A stretch of DNA of 64,000 nt from Leptogorgia sarmentosa (GCA_964658305.1 OZ210885.1:12772001-12836000), one strand, 5' to 3'. Positions 12,672-23,877 are shown, counted from the stretch's first letter. Translations and numbers: made by a program. Notes: a model not told the origin generated them from the sequence alone.

Positions 12672-13149
12672 ACACATGAAAACATGGAATTTCCTACCAC
12701 ATTTATTCTTTGCTACCTTCAACATGCCACATCACGTTCTGAACATGCCACATCCCGTTCTGATTTTCTCTTGACAACTATTTTGTTACAATTTTTTCTA
12801 TAATCCCAGTTAAAATCAAGCGATTTTAATACCATTGAGAAATTTGAATGGTCACCGTAAATACTGTGTTTATTTTATTTTTGTATTATCTTGTTAGCGT
12901 TTTCGACGGTGAAATTGAGGGATTGCCATACATTTCGTGTAGTGCTAAAGCGATATATACTCGTTTATAAAAATTCTTTAACGGGAAAAATGATAAAGAA
13001 GTGAAAAATTATCAAGAATTTAGAATTTTACTATTTTTACCGTTATGGATGAAGTCCATCTGAGTTTTCCCAAAATATGGATAAGAAGCGTCAGCGTGTG
13101 AAAATTAAGTGAGCTGAATCAACCACAACGTCCATGAACAACGAAAATT

Positions 13150-13231
13150 TGGCAGCGGTGGGATTCGAACCCACGTCATCGAATTGACTGGTGCCTGAAA
13201 CCAGCGCTTTAGACCACTTGGCCACATCGTC
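13150..13231 (-). pseudogene. tRNA-Leu(CAG) with a mismatched, Ser-like 5' acceptor strand
   Basis: CTGGT-TT-CAG-GC-ACCAG arm and 3' CGCTGCCA, but 5' GACGATG does not pair. Confidence 0.7.
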
Positions 13232-13305
13232 TAAAGAGATGCCTTTGTGTATCACAGAAATGAAGAAACGTTAAACAATTCGGAACATTTATATTATCGT
13301 GTTAA

Positions 13306-13377
13306 GGTTCTGTGGTGTAATGATTAGCACTTTGGACTTTGAATCCATCTATCCGAGTTCAAGTCTCGGCAGAATCT
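13306..13377 (+). tRNA. tRNA-Gln(TTG), partly degenerate
   Basis: GGTTCTGTGGTGTAATGATTAGCACTTTGGACTTTGAATCCA...GGCAGAATCT. Confidence 0.75.
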
Positions 13378-13592
13378 AGTAGATTCTACTAGGCTTTTGA
13401 AACATTGTATAAGGTAGCGAATTTCATTACGTTTCTCTTACAATGTCCTTTTTGCAAGTCACAGTTAGTTGAAAAAAAATCACCGAGAAAGAACAATTGA
13501 TGCGAAGGTGAACTTCTTCTAAGGTCTAGTAAAACAGCAGAGTTTGAGAATGTGAACACAAGCTGCTTCAAATTGAAATTTTCAGAAAAAAA

Positions 13593-13664
13593 TTCCCACG
13601 CCGGGAATCGAACACGGGCCATGGCGGTGAGAGCGCCAGATCCTGACCACTGGACCACATGGGA
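13593..13664 (-). tRNA. tRNA-Glu(CTC)
   Basis: TGGCG-CT-CTC-AC-CGCCA arm, acceptor pairs, one T-stem mismatch. Confidence 0.85.
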
Positions 13665-13760
13665 GAAACATTTACCTTTTCCAGGAATGTGAAAATAACG
13701 ATAATATTTTTAATTTGAATTTCGAAGAGAATGTCGAGAGACAGCGTGGCCAGAAGTGCT

Positions 13761-13817
13761 TGACCTTCAAGTGAATTGAACACTTAACCTTCTGATGTGG
13801 AATTAGACGCGCTACCA
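13761..13817 (-). pseudogene. 5'-truncated tRNA-Trp(CCA) pseudogene
   Basis: tggtagcgcgtctaattccacatcagaaggttaagtgttcaattcacttgaaggtca resembles eukaryotic tRNA-Trp. Confidence 0.65.
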
Positions 13818-13914
13818 CAAGGTCGTAGCGCTGTTAAAATGGTTTGGTTTCAGAGAACGAGTTTGTAAATGTGAACAAAGCTGCTTCAAATTGAAATTTT
13901 TGAAAAAATCGAAT

Positions 13915-13977
13915 CAGGAATGGAACCCGGGCTATGGCGGTGAAAACGCCAGATCCTAACTACTAGACCACATGGCA
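13915..13977 (-). pseudogene. tRNA-Glu(TTC) pseudogene
   Basis: Anticodon arm present, 3' end degenerate; counterpart of 8661-8724. Confidence 0.7.
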
Positions 13978-14067
13978 GTGATAACTTGTTGACTATTCCT
14001 GTGTTACCAAGCCAGTTTGTTTCTCGTGTTGCAGTTGAAATTGAAATGCAACAAAATGAAAATAATC

Positions 14068-14138
14068 TGCGTTAGCGGGGAATCGAACCCCGGTCTCCCG
14101 CGTGGCAGGCGAGAATTCTACCACTGAACCACCAACGC
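14068..14138 (-). tRNA. tRNA-Gly(GCC)
   Basis: One substitution relative to 8770-8840 (G-U in acceptor). Confidence 0.9.
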
Positions 14139-14420
14139 AATGATGCCCAATTCCTTCGTTATAATGTTCATATTCCACAAGATGCCGAACATTTCCACCA
14201 AACACCTTCAAATAATAAATCAGAGTAAGTTCTAGGAAATTTTGACACTTTAAACATGATCAGCAAAATCAATTTTTTGTGGAAAAGCAAGATCATGTCA
14301 ACAAAGACTTAAATACAGAAAACACCAAGGGAATGTGTAAGAGGGATAGAGCCAGTATAATAGCAATGGTTTTGCTAATTTTTCGAATTGCATATTTTTT
14401 TCCTTCTCTCGCAAGTATTA

Positions 14421-14495
14421 TTCCCACGCCGGGAATCGAACCAGGGCCATGGCGGTAGAAACGCTGGATTCAAACCAGAGAACCACACCATGGGA
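14421..14495 (-). pseudogene. tRNA-Glu-derived pseudogene
   Basis: 3' half matches Glu copies; D arm and anticodon loop degenerate. Confidence 0.65.
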
Positions 14496-14825
14496 GTGAC
14501 AATTTGTGGATTATTTGTGACATGTGAAGAGAAACGTGCAAGTTTCAGCAGAGCCTAGTATTTGAATATTTTGTAATGCAGCGAATTTTATTGCCTTCCC
14601 TTTCCACCATCCATGTTGCAATTCAGAGTTAATCGAATCAAATTGATCCAAGAGAGAGATTAATGACAAGTTGAGCTTGTTATTTTAATTACTGAAGGGA
14701 CACTAAGCGATAGAAACCAATGCAAAAACGAGGGTAAAATTAGAATAATGTTAATTTTACTTTCTTCCATTGGGGGTTAAATTTTGAATTTTAACAAATA
14801 ATAGAGAGGAAGCATCACGTTTTAA

Positions 14826-14864
14826 CGCCTAACCCAGCGCCTTAGACCACTCGGCCACGCTACC
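14826..14864 (-). pseudogene. 5' half of tRNA-Leu
   Basis: GGTAGCGTGGCCGAGTGGTCTAAGGCGCTGG then breaks off; a tRNA-Gln 5' stub follows at 14983-15000. Confidence 0.7.
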
Positions 14865-15249
14865 TGTGACGTGCTGACAATATAATTTCTTTTTAGTAAA
14901 CATCCACATTGTTTGAAGAGATTGCTTTCGCTATCAACGAAACGTAGAAATGTGAAACAATGGGGAAATATTGTCGTGCTAAGGTTCTGTGGTGTAATGG
15001 CTGCAGGTTCTCTTAGCTGGTAAATAACATAAAATATATATCCCTACCTAAATATTTATATCCCTACCTTGAATTTACAAATATTTGAAGATACTTTTGC
15101 CTGTTGTATTTACCTTATTTTAGTAGTGATTCCAGTCATTCACAACAGGTGAACCAAACACAAATTCGTTTTCATTAATTTTGTCGCTGAAATCGCCGTA
15201 AATGCCATCCTTTGCATCTTCAAAAATTTTCTGGGGAAGAATACCCCCA

Positions 15250-15480
15250 TAGCGTGTGACCTGCACAAGCACAAGCAGCTTAAAACACTACATAGGCATG
15301 TCAGCAAGCAAATTTAAAGAGCGATATTGAAACCACATTAAGTCTTTTAACCACAAAAGTTACTCAAATGAAACAAAACTTTCGAAATATATTTGGGGAC
15401 TAAAAGAAAATAAGATAGATTTCGACATTAATTAATACGTGGTCAATAATTGAACAAAGTATTTCGTATACGGGATATGT
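15250..15480 (+). mobile_element. Penelope-like GIY-YIG endonuclease fragment
   Basis: Translates as YIGMSASKFKERY*NHIKSFNHKSYSNETKLSKYIWGLKENKIDFDI, with an internal stop. Confidence 0.75.
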
Positions 15481-16353
15481 ATTTCACCACTTATAAAAAC
15501 CTGGGAAGATTTTTTTCATGATGCGAAGATAGACTAATTCAGTAATGTAGTATTGGCCAGTTTTTGAAAAGCTTCGGAAATATATCTTTCACGTGATATA
15601 ATGATACGAAGTCGGACTATAATTACGTATCGTAATATTATACAGTGTAGGTAAAACAGTATTACGTCAATGGACATAAAAAACAAAACGCAAATGTGTC
15701 GATAGATAATCAGCAAGTAGCAAGGGCCGAAGTCCCTGCATCTGTGAGCTGTCAAACTTGGCACTATATTTATCTAACTAAGCCAAAGATAATGCATAGC
15801 GACGGGGATTATAAACAGGAGATGTAAAATGAAATAAAGTTGGATCTGAGCTTTTAGGACACTGTATGGACTGACAACTGTAACGAACATGCCACCTTTG
15901 CGTCTCCCTTTTGACACAACCAACCGAAGCGTAGTCCGAGTCTCCTTCTGATCTCTATGTGTGTCTGCTGTCTACCATTTCCACACTCACGCACCGGTCG
16001 TGAAAGAGTGCTACCCGGCAACTAGGTGAGCGAGCGCATGAAAAAATCAGTGAAGAGAAAGTTCACAGGCAAAGTCGTCTCCCTGGAGATAAAACAATCA
16101 CGTTGGTTTCAACCAGTGATGTTTGTTCAGATCCTGCGCGCTAAATTCTTCGCATTAAGATTATCACTAAAAAACGTTTTAAAAAATAATGACAATAAGA
16201 TTGTTATAAAACTACTCTTTTGTTGTATCATCTGTGAAGCGATGTATAGTTTTAGTTGATTGAGCCATACCATGAAAGAACAAATTAAGCTAGTGGTAAA
16301 AACTTTGACCACGTGTAATCACGCATGCGCTATAAACTGAAAATTGAATATTA

Positions 16354-16719
16354 CCTTCCGGGCGGCCACGTCCCGTAATCTTAAGGTCGCTTTTCTCTGT
16401 TAAAATATGGCTCGGAATAGCAAGTAAATTGCCTCCGGGCGAAGACTTGAAGAATCGAAGACAATGGGACTCGAAGAATCGAAGACAATAAGACTTGAAG
16501 AATCGAAGAGTTGAAGAATCGAAGAGTTGAAGAAGTGCTGTGAATTCCGTACGTGTTCGTCATTCGTTCGTGCATCGTTTGGCCTTGATTTAGGAAGCAG
16601 TACTCTTCGTGTTCGTGCCTGTTTGCGGGGCCCTCTAGGGGGTAACGCTAAGGCGGTGGTCTTTATTTCCAACCTTGCTGCGTGCTTCTGTTGTCGGGTT
16701 GAGGTGCTTGACTGAAACC
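16354..16719 (+). repeat. Left arm of a long inverted repeat containing TTGAAGAATCGAAGA-type tandem units
   Basis: Reverse complement found split as 20073-20314 plus 23511-23665; the same short ORF appears at 16400-16672(-) and 20118-20327(+). Confidence 0.85.
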
Positions 16720-17729
16720 TGACGTCTCAGTTCCTCTTATCTTTTGTCCGTGTATTGAGAAATTAGATCCTCGTTTGCCACGCATAATGTGGGCCATAGC
16801 GTACTCATTTAATAAGTTGTTTCGAGACTGGGATCTCGTTTAAGGTTACATTAGGAGTAATACATAGTATTCTTGTTGAGATGCACACAGTTTTTTCAGT
16901 ATTAAAAATTATTAGTTTTTTTCGAGACTGGGATCTCGTTTAAGCTTACATTAGGATACTTACGCGGATACGAACGTGAGGAAGGCTCTAATCCATCTTA
17001 CTATAGCTGAGCGTACGTTCGATTTTTGCAACTCGGCGATTATAGACTAGTGTGATGATCGACTAAGTCGAAATTACTATAATACGGAAAGAATGCTCCG
17101 ATTCAAACGTGTAAAAAATACTCAAAACTTCCAACCTTATTTATAAGACAAAATATTCAAAACTTCCAACCTTATAAGACGAATATATTGAATTTTTCTC
17201 TTACCAGGCAAGGCCCTCGTAGCTTTGGTGACTGGCTTTACATTGCTTAGCCTCCTTTTAGAAAATTTACAAAATTTGAAATGTATACAAATTTTATATA
17301 CAAAATTTGAGATTTATAAGCTCCAGGAACATAATTCAAGCTCTGAAAATGAAATGTTTTTATCTCCCGTTTACCGAGGACATACTGTAACATTACGCCA
17401 CTCTCACAGCGCTTCATTTCAATCAAACGTTTTCCGCTTTACACGAATTGCAAAATAAAAAGGATGGGGTTCATTAAAAACTTGAAAACATGGTTGGATA
17501 ATAACTGACGCTTTTGGGATCTTGGCTCAATTTCTCACAAAACCTGTGAGATCAAGCAGTTGAAATTTGAATTCAGTCACAATTCAGTTATAAAGCTGCG
17601 TTTAAAACACCAAAACCAGCATCTGTAATGCATGAGTTGCCTGGCCTCGAAACATCGAGACCAATCGGACTAATTTCCACAGAATTTATTTCATATCAAT
17701 ACTAAACTTCCTTTCTCGTGTCATCTACA

Positions 17730-17985
17730 GTTAAATGTTCCAATTCCTTTCTTATACTCGATATGGACCTCTTCCAAACACAGCACGTTCCTCGTTTCGC
17801 TGTTGCGTCTGTATGATTTTCTTTATCTTCTCCACAAACTCGTGGAGCTTGCTTGCATTAAAATTGAGATCATGCTTGATCATAAAATTGGCGGATTCGG
17901 AATCATTATTCTTGTACTCCACCGGTGGATTTCCTAATCCGGCGTCGACTCGAACATGTTTTAACATCTCATTTGCCTAAAAAAC
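17730..17985 (-). pseudogene. Fragment of a probable Mutator-like transposase exon
   Basis: AGLGNPPVEYKNNDSESANFMIK resembles the catalytic-Glu region (xxNxxESxN) of MULE-type transposases; isolated fragment. Confidence 0.45.
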
Positions 17986-19239
17986 AGGAAAATGAACAAG
18001 TTGATAAATGGGGGACACACCGGCTTATACACATACTCGAATGTAAATGAATATATTTTTCTTTCCGCGATCACATTGAACAATCCAGCATTTGTTGAGT
18101 TTTCTATTGCATGCTATTAGAAAGTATTTTTGATTGTAGTATTTTTAAAATTTTAGCACAATTGGTAGCTATAAATCGTAAAGTGGCCTTAAAACCTTTA
18201 AGGGTGAAGACATGCAAATTAGCGACATACTTTTGACAAATACGGTGAACTATATAGATCTTGCATCGAGTGATGGCTGATGATATCTTTTTGTTGTAAA
18301 CTCAAACGATTGTTCATTTCTAATATATAGAAGTTTACCATCCATTAATTAATAGTATTTAAATATGACAAGTTTCGGCGTCAAATGCACACAATATTTT
18401 TGTCCTACTGTCCTACTGACCTCCAAGCCGCTGACCGTGCATCCGCCCGGCCTTCAAAGAGGAAATCCAACATCTCCGGCCTCACTGCATCCTTCAACTG
18501 CATGAAAGAATTCGTTGTTCTCCATTTCCGTGATCTTTTTGGATGGTGGTTAGTCCTTCGTTTCATATCATTGTTCACCAGAATGAATGCAGTCGTGGTG
18601 AGGAGTGCGGGTGCGAAATAGCCAATGGAACTGCCAACCAAGATTGCCTTGTTTCGGAAAAATGTTAGGACGTCTCTTGGAAAAAGGCTTGAATAGGAAT
18701 AGTGTTTTCTCGAAACGCGCCTTTCAAGGGATGTCCAAGTACTTTCGTGCTGTCGAGCGACATTTGTCAAAGGATTAAAATAAAAAACACAATCGTATTG
18801 TCCGATATTTAATACGAGTAAATTGTAATTAACTGAAACAATATATACAAATGAAAACAACCTAAGTTCAAAAATAATTTCAATACTAAGTCTAAATGTG
18901 ACCTTCCATGAGATTTCATACGTTAACGATTTTTCGTTGAAACGGCAAAACAAACGGTAAACGAACGGATAGCAAACGCTTTGTGTAAACGTTTCAACGA
19001 TCTTTCAAAACGTTCGAACGATATCGGCAAAAAAATTTAACGGAAAATCCCAAAAATTTTAACGGTTTGAAAAACGTTTTCGTGAAGCCGTTCAAACGGT
19101 ATACTTTGAAACGTTTCTCGACACAGTCATTCAGTCAAACGCTTTTGTGAGCAAGCTTTAAAACTTAAGAATTGCAAATGGCAACAACATTGCCACAAAA
19201 TTTAGCTGTATAACTCGGTAGTACTATACCGCCTATATG

Positions 19240-19448
19240 GCGCCGGAAGTAATTAGTATGCAGAAGTGTGTCCAAGATAGCGCCGGAAGTAAATAGTATG
19301 CAGAAGTGTGTCCAAGATAGCGCCGGAAGTAAATAGTATGCAGTGCGCGCCGGAAGTAAATAGTATGCATTAGGAATATAGCGGAAAAAGTAATTAGTAT
19401 GCGCGCCAGAGGTAATTAATATACAGGAGCGAGTAATTAGTATCGGTG
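19240..19448. repeat. Tandem repeats of GCGCCGGAAGTAAATAGTATGC (40-bp unit and shorter variants)
   Basis: Seen directly; each unit holds CCGGAAGT. Confidence 0.85.
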
Positions 19449-19479
19449 TATTATTAACATTTTCAAAAAATATTTGCAG

Positions 19480-19935
19480 TTAAATGGAGTGCCAGAGGCA
19501 TCCACAGTGTGTAATTTCTCCGCACTCTATGGAGAAATTGAAAGTTAATCGTTTGAATGTGTCTTTTACAGTGTCTACACATTTTTTGTGCACATGTGTC
19601 CCGCAGCAGTCGGTTTCTTGCTGCTCTTCGTCTTCGTTTTTCGTTTTCAAACACAACCAGCATAGTTCTTTATCTGGAAACGCCGTTCGACAGTGACAGC
19701 ATCTCACGGTTCCGGGCGTTGTGCTTCTTGCTGCCCACTGTCGAAAACACTCAGGATGGGCTCTTTGACGGCAGCAGTCCATGGTCATGGCCAACATTTC
19801 GTTTATTTCGATGTCTTCATAGCAGAAGTAGCACCGCCCTTTCTCGTCTTTATTTTCCGTTAGGATTCCAAAGAGAGGAATGATGGTTGTGTACATCTCG
19901 TCTTCTGGTTCTGGTAGAACGCCAATCTTTTCCAT
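19480..19935 (-). CDS. Intronless 151-aa RING-like Cys/His finger protein, virus/Polinton-like context
   Basis: CYFC...CC-x4-H-x2-C...CCHC plus a second partial copy CWLC...CC-x4-H-x2-C; TATAAATA at 19975-19968 and CAGT at 19950-19947 upstream. Confidence 0.65.
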   Translation of the reverse strand: MEKIGVLPEPEDEMYTTIIPLFGILTENKDEKGRCYFCYEDIEINEMLAMTMDCCRQRAHPECFRQWAARSTTPGTVRCCHCRTAFPDKELCWLCLKTKNEDEEQQETDCCGTHVHKKCVDTVKDTFKRLTFNFSIECGEITHCGCLWHSI

Positions 19936-20072
19936 TTCGATGTGTGACTGATGTTGATGAGGAAATGTATTTATACTAAGTTAATATGCTGGAGCGAGTG
20001 ATTGGTATCGGTGACGTGCGCCATTCTTTGAGGGACTTCTAATTGGTCTAAAAAACAGAAATTGTTCCAGAA

Positions 20073-20314
20073 GTTTCAGTCAAGCACCTCACCCTACAAC
20101 AGAAGCACGAAGCAAGGTTGGAAGTAAAGACCACCGCCTTAGCGTTACCTCCTAGAGGGCCCCGCAAACAGGCACGAACACGAAGAGTACTGCTGCCAAA
20201 ATCAAGGCCAAACGACGCACGAACGAATCGCGAACACGTACGGAATTCACAACACTTGACAACACCACGCAGAAACACGAAGGGAATTCACAACACTTCT
20301 TCAAGTCTTCGATT
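20073..20314 (-). repeat. Right arm (inner part) of the long inverted repeat
   Basis: Reverse complement of about 16515-16719; continues at 23511-23665. Confidence 0.85.
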
Positions 20315-20389
20315 CAGTAGAGAATGAAATGAAAACGTGAAAGGATATTTTCCATATCAATGTGGAAGCACAATTATTTGATATTCAAG

Positions 20390-21158
20390 ATGGCGGTTGT
20401 AAAGGTACATTTTTACATCTTTTGTATTTTTGACATTTGCTTTATGTATTTGCAACAGTTTCTTGTTTTGCATGTATAAATTAAGAGCTTATGTATTGTA
20501 GAATTTAGGGAAAGGCAAAGAAGAGATAGAAATTACACTGGAAGACCAGCAACAAATTAATACATTTGCAAGGAGAAATACCAGAATGGACGAATTAAAA
20601 GATGAAATGGAAACAAAAAAAGTACGTTAACGCACCACTGGAGATAGTATCTAGCAAAAAATAGCGAGATAATTTCGTTATCTGGTTTCTGGGAGGTTAT
20701 TAGATGTCTATCTAAAAGTGTTGACTGTTTTACTTTTCATGCAGAAAGATCTTCAAAATTTGGAAGATGCCTCTGATGAGCTTTTGATGGTTGAAGATTC
20801 GTTAATATCGTATCCTTTATTTAATACAAAGACAACGTGGGCTGATTTTTTCTGGCATTAAAGTTCAGGCAACTGGTGTTCATATGGAAATTGCAGCAAA
20901 CAGGCTTTTGATTTAGGCTGTTCAATCACTTTTTGAAACCTTGACAGAACGCTCAGATACAAGGTTGGGGAAGTGTTTCTTCAGATGAGTCAAGAAGAAA
21001 TTGAAGAACAGTTGGAGAGGGAAAAAACGAAAATTAAAGAAGAAATACAAAACTGTGAAGAACAGTTTACAGAGATTCAAGGTGTTTTGACATCTTTGAA
21101 AGCAAAGCTTTATGGGAAATTTGGAGACAGTATAAACTTAGAAGCAGACGAAGAGTAG
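20390..21158 (+). CDS. PFDN4: Prefoldin subunit 4, 4 exons, 133 aa
   Basis: Exons 20390-20404, 20502-20621, 20745-20809, 20957-21158 splice in frame: MAVVK-NLGKGKEEIEITLEDQQQINTFARRN...DLQNLEDASDEL...YKVGEVF...KAKLYGKFGDSINLEADEE. Confidence 0.93.
20810..20956 (+). other. U12-type (minor spliceosome) GT-AG intron of PFDN4
   Basis: 5' site GTATCCTTT; branch-like ACCTTGAC at 20938-20945, 11 nt before the exon; no polypyrimidine tract. Confidence 0.85.
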
Positions 21159-21544
21159 ACCAATTTATTACCAATAAAATGTACAGAAATAGTTGTCATA
21201 TTTATTTGATTTCGAAACGTGATCAGTGGTTGCAAGAAAAGGAAAAAAGGGCAATATACCAACATAGTATGTCAAAGAGGGGGTCGGACAGACAATGTGA
21301 ATGAGAGTCAATTACCTACTACTTTGTTTATTGATTCTAAAGATAATTACACTTTTTGCTAAATGTTCAATATAAAAGAGGTCCTTCCCAACATAACATT
21401 TTAAATATTTTCTAACAATCTTGAAGTAAGTCCATTGTATAGTTAATAAGCCAAAATATAAACATGTTCTTACATATCATTGAATATATAACACCTTCCA
21501 CCTCTCCAGAAAAAAAATATGTTCAATATAAAAGAGCTCCTATA

Positions 21545-22867
21545 TCACTTATACACTTCGTATTTCCGGTTTAAATATTTGGTGATTTCTTCGCACAACA
21601 CAATCCACTTCTTGCCAAGGTCCTTAGCTTTAAGTCTATCTGGGTGGTAATGCAACAGACTTTCACGGAGAGCTTTTTTAACGTTTCGATTTTCACCGCT
21701 AAGGAAAGATTCGTTGAGCTTGTGATCTTTGTTCTTTGGTGGATGTACTTTGTATATGTGACGCAAGAGAGCTTCTGCGTCCGTTGAAAGCTCTTCCAAT
21801 TTCTTTATATCCGCTTTCAGCTCGAGCAAAATTGCATTTTTCTCAGTTGACCATGCTTCCTCTTCTTTTCTTACTGTTTCCTGCTGGTACCAATTCAGGG
21901 CTTCTGTAGCTTCCTGGTACCATTTCTCGGAGGTGAACACCCGTGGGTACATGGAGTTGCAAAGCTCAAGGCATCGCATGAAATTCTCCTTGGCTTTGAC
22001 CTTCAGCTTAAGCACCTGGTCATAAACTCTTCCAAGACGACTATGACCAATAGCCTCAAACTCCACATCCTTTTCTCTCGTCAACAGAATTGCTTGTTTG
22101 TAGAAGTCAACAACCTCCCATACCATATCGACATTAAGGTTGTCTTCATCACATAACACTGATCTAAATAGGTCGTCCCCAGTTGAGCATGCCTGGATCG
22201 ATTCAGCTGTGCATTGGTGCAGGAAAATATCACCCTCAAAAACAGCCACTTCTGTGGACACAAATGGATCACAATGACCATATCTCCTCGCCTCTTCAAC
22301 AGGATGGTAACATTCGCGCATCAGGAACAAACATTCTTTATACTTGCCATCAGCAAGCTCGGAGACGCCCGCTTTAAAAGTGGCATCGGCCAGGCTCAGG
22401 TAGCAGTACGCCTTCAGGTTTTCTTCACTGATTTCACAAGCGATGTCATTGAGAAACTTTGACCTTTCTTTAAAGTTGCTCAGGTTCTGGGAGAACTCAA
22501 TAGCATCCTCGATAAACTGCCTTGTCGTTGTGAGCAACGGTTCAATCCAGCTTTTTGGCTTGCTTGTAAGGCCAGCGTTATACGAGATGGAGAAGTACTT
22601 TGCAGCTTCTTTTAGATGATAAATATGAGCAAATTTTTCTTCGATAACATCGGCGAGACGCCATGACGCCATGGCCAAATTTTTCGCAGCGCTAGAAAGC
22701 TCGTCGTTGTTTGACTGTGTTTCGAAAGCATTCGCGTAGATACTTATGGCTTGTTGAATGCGGTCTTTCCGAAGCGTTGGGCCTAAGTTAGCAGCCGAAA
22801 GATAAATTTCGTTGCCTTTCTTTCTCCACTCACAAGAAACTGATTTGCTGGACGGAGTGGACGCCAT
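21545..22867 (-). CDS. Intronless TPR-like helical repeat protein with C-terminal J-domain-like HPD motif, 440 aa
   Basis: TPR-like WRKKGNEIY and QACSTGDDLF...FYKQAI segments; C-terminal VKKALRESLLHYHPDR...EITKYLNRKYE. Confidence 0.8.
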   Translation of the reverse strand: MASTPSSKSVSCEWRKKGNEIYLSAANLGPTLRKDRIQQAISIYANAFETQSNNDELSSAAKNLAMASWRLADVIEEKFAHIYHLKEAAKYFSISYNAGLTSKPKSWIEPLLTTTRQFIEDAIEFSQNLSNFKERSKFLNDIACEISEENLKAYCYLSLADATFKAGVSELADGKYKECLFLMRECYHPVEEARRYGHCDPFVSTEVAVFEGDIFLHQCTAESIQACSTGDDLFRSVLCDEDNLNVDMVWEVVDFYKQAILLTREKDVEFEAIGHSRLGRVYDQVLKLKVKAKENFMRCLELCNSMYPRVFTSEKWYQEATEALNWYQQETVRKEEEAWSTEKNAILLELKADIKKLEELSTDAEALLRHIYKVHPPKNKDHKLNESFLSGENRNVKKALRESLLHYHPDRLKAKDLGKKWIVLCEEITKYLNRKYEVYK

Positions 22868-22948
22868 ATCCGCGCACTTTCTCCTTCAAACCACGTTGTA
22901 TCAAAGTTTACAAAAGTTTTACTGTGTAACAGTGTAAGATGATTCCAC

Positions 22949-23510
22949 CAGCGCTCTCACAACGAATTTTCAAAATTCCTTAGCGTAAGCTTCGGAATTC
23001 CTCAGATATTCCCAAAATTCCTTAAATGACTTGTTTGTCCTTACAACTACCCCAAAATACCCTGCAATCCCGTTCTTTTGCCTCTTGTTTTAAAAACAAG
23101 ACTCAAATAGTTTCAAAATCGTTAATAAACACAATTTGTGAGGTAACTGAGCTTACTAAAGTATATACAAGATAAAATGGGATTGAATGAGCGACTCATC
23201 ATCTCCTGAGCCGGACCGGAAGCGCACATTCGCGCTATTTATCAGAAACTATAATTATGTAAATTGTGTTTCACAGGCATTTTACCACGGAGATAAAGAA
23301 TTACTTCATTATTAATTAGTAATTCTTTAGCTCAGGGCATTTTACCAAAGGCTTTTCTCACTGAGCTAAAGAATTACTGGAGAGAATGGCTTTTCTCGAA
23401 ATATTAAAATTCCTTAGAAAATTCCATAAAAATTGAATTCCTTAAAAAAATCCTTAAAACTTTGCTAAATTCCTATTTCTGAGGAAAAATCCTTAGAAGT
23501 GAGAGCACTG
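22949..23510. mobile_element. MITE-like element with 12-bp TIR and AATTCCTTA subterminal repeats
   Basis: CAGCGCTCTCAC (22949) / GTGAGAGCACTG (23499-23510); no TSD around this pair itself. Confidence 0.6.
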
Positions 23511-23665
23511 TCGATTCTTCAAGTCTTCGATTCTTCAACTCTTCGATTCTTCGACTCTTCGATTCTTCAAGTCTTCGCCCGAAGGCGATTTACTTGCTAT
23601 TCTGAGCCATATTTTAACAGAGAAAAGCGAGCTTAACATTATGGGACGCGGCCACCCTGAAGGAA
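23511..23665 (-). repeat. Right arm (outer part) of the long inverted repeat
   Basis: Reverse complement of about 16354-16520. Confidence 0.85.
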
Positions 23666-23877
23666 CACCGCGGTCAAACGTTTACGCATGCGCGAGTTGT
23701 CGTTCGAAGAGAAGTTTCACAACGTGGAAAATGCAAGAGTTCGTGAGATATTCTATTGCATTTTTGATAACAAAAAAACGATAAATCTTGTCAAGTACAA
23801 CTTGATAATACAGAAAGGCCATGTCCATGACAATGCCCGCAATGTCGATTACAACACTTTCTGGTGTTTGAAACAGA

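Noticed and set aside
8513..14211. Short ORFs in the tRNA cluster
   Set aside because: They are translations of tRNA genes and spacers.
15879..16130. Possible solo LTR starting TGTAACG
   Set aside because: No matching CA end, TSD or second copy identified.
16440..16535. GAAGAATCGAAGA array as CRISPR or a coding repeat
   Set aside because: Simple minisatellite with no unique spacers.
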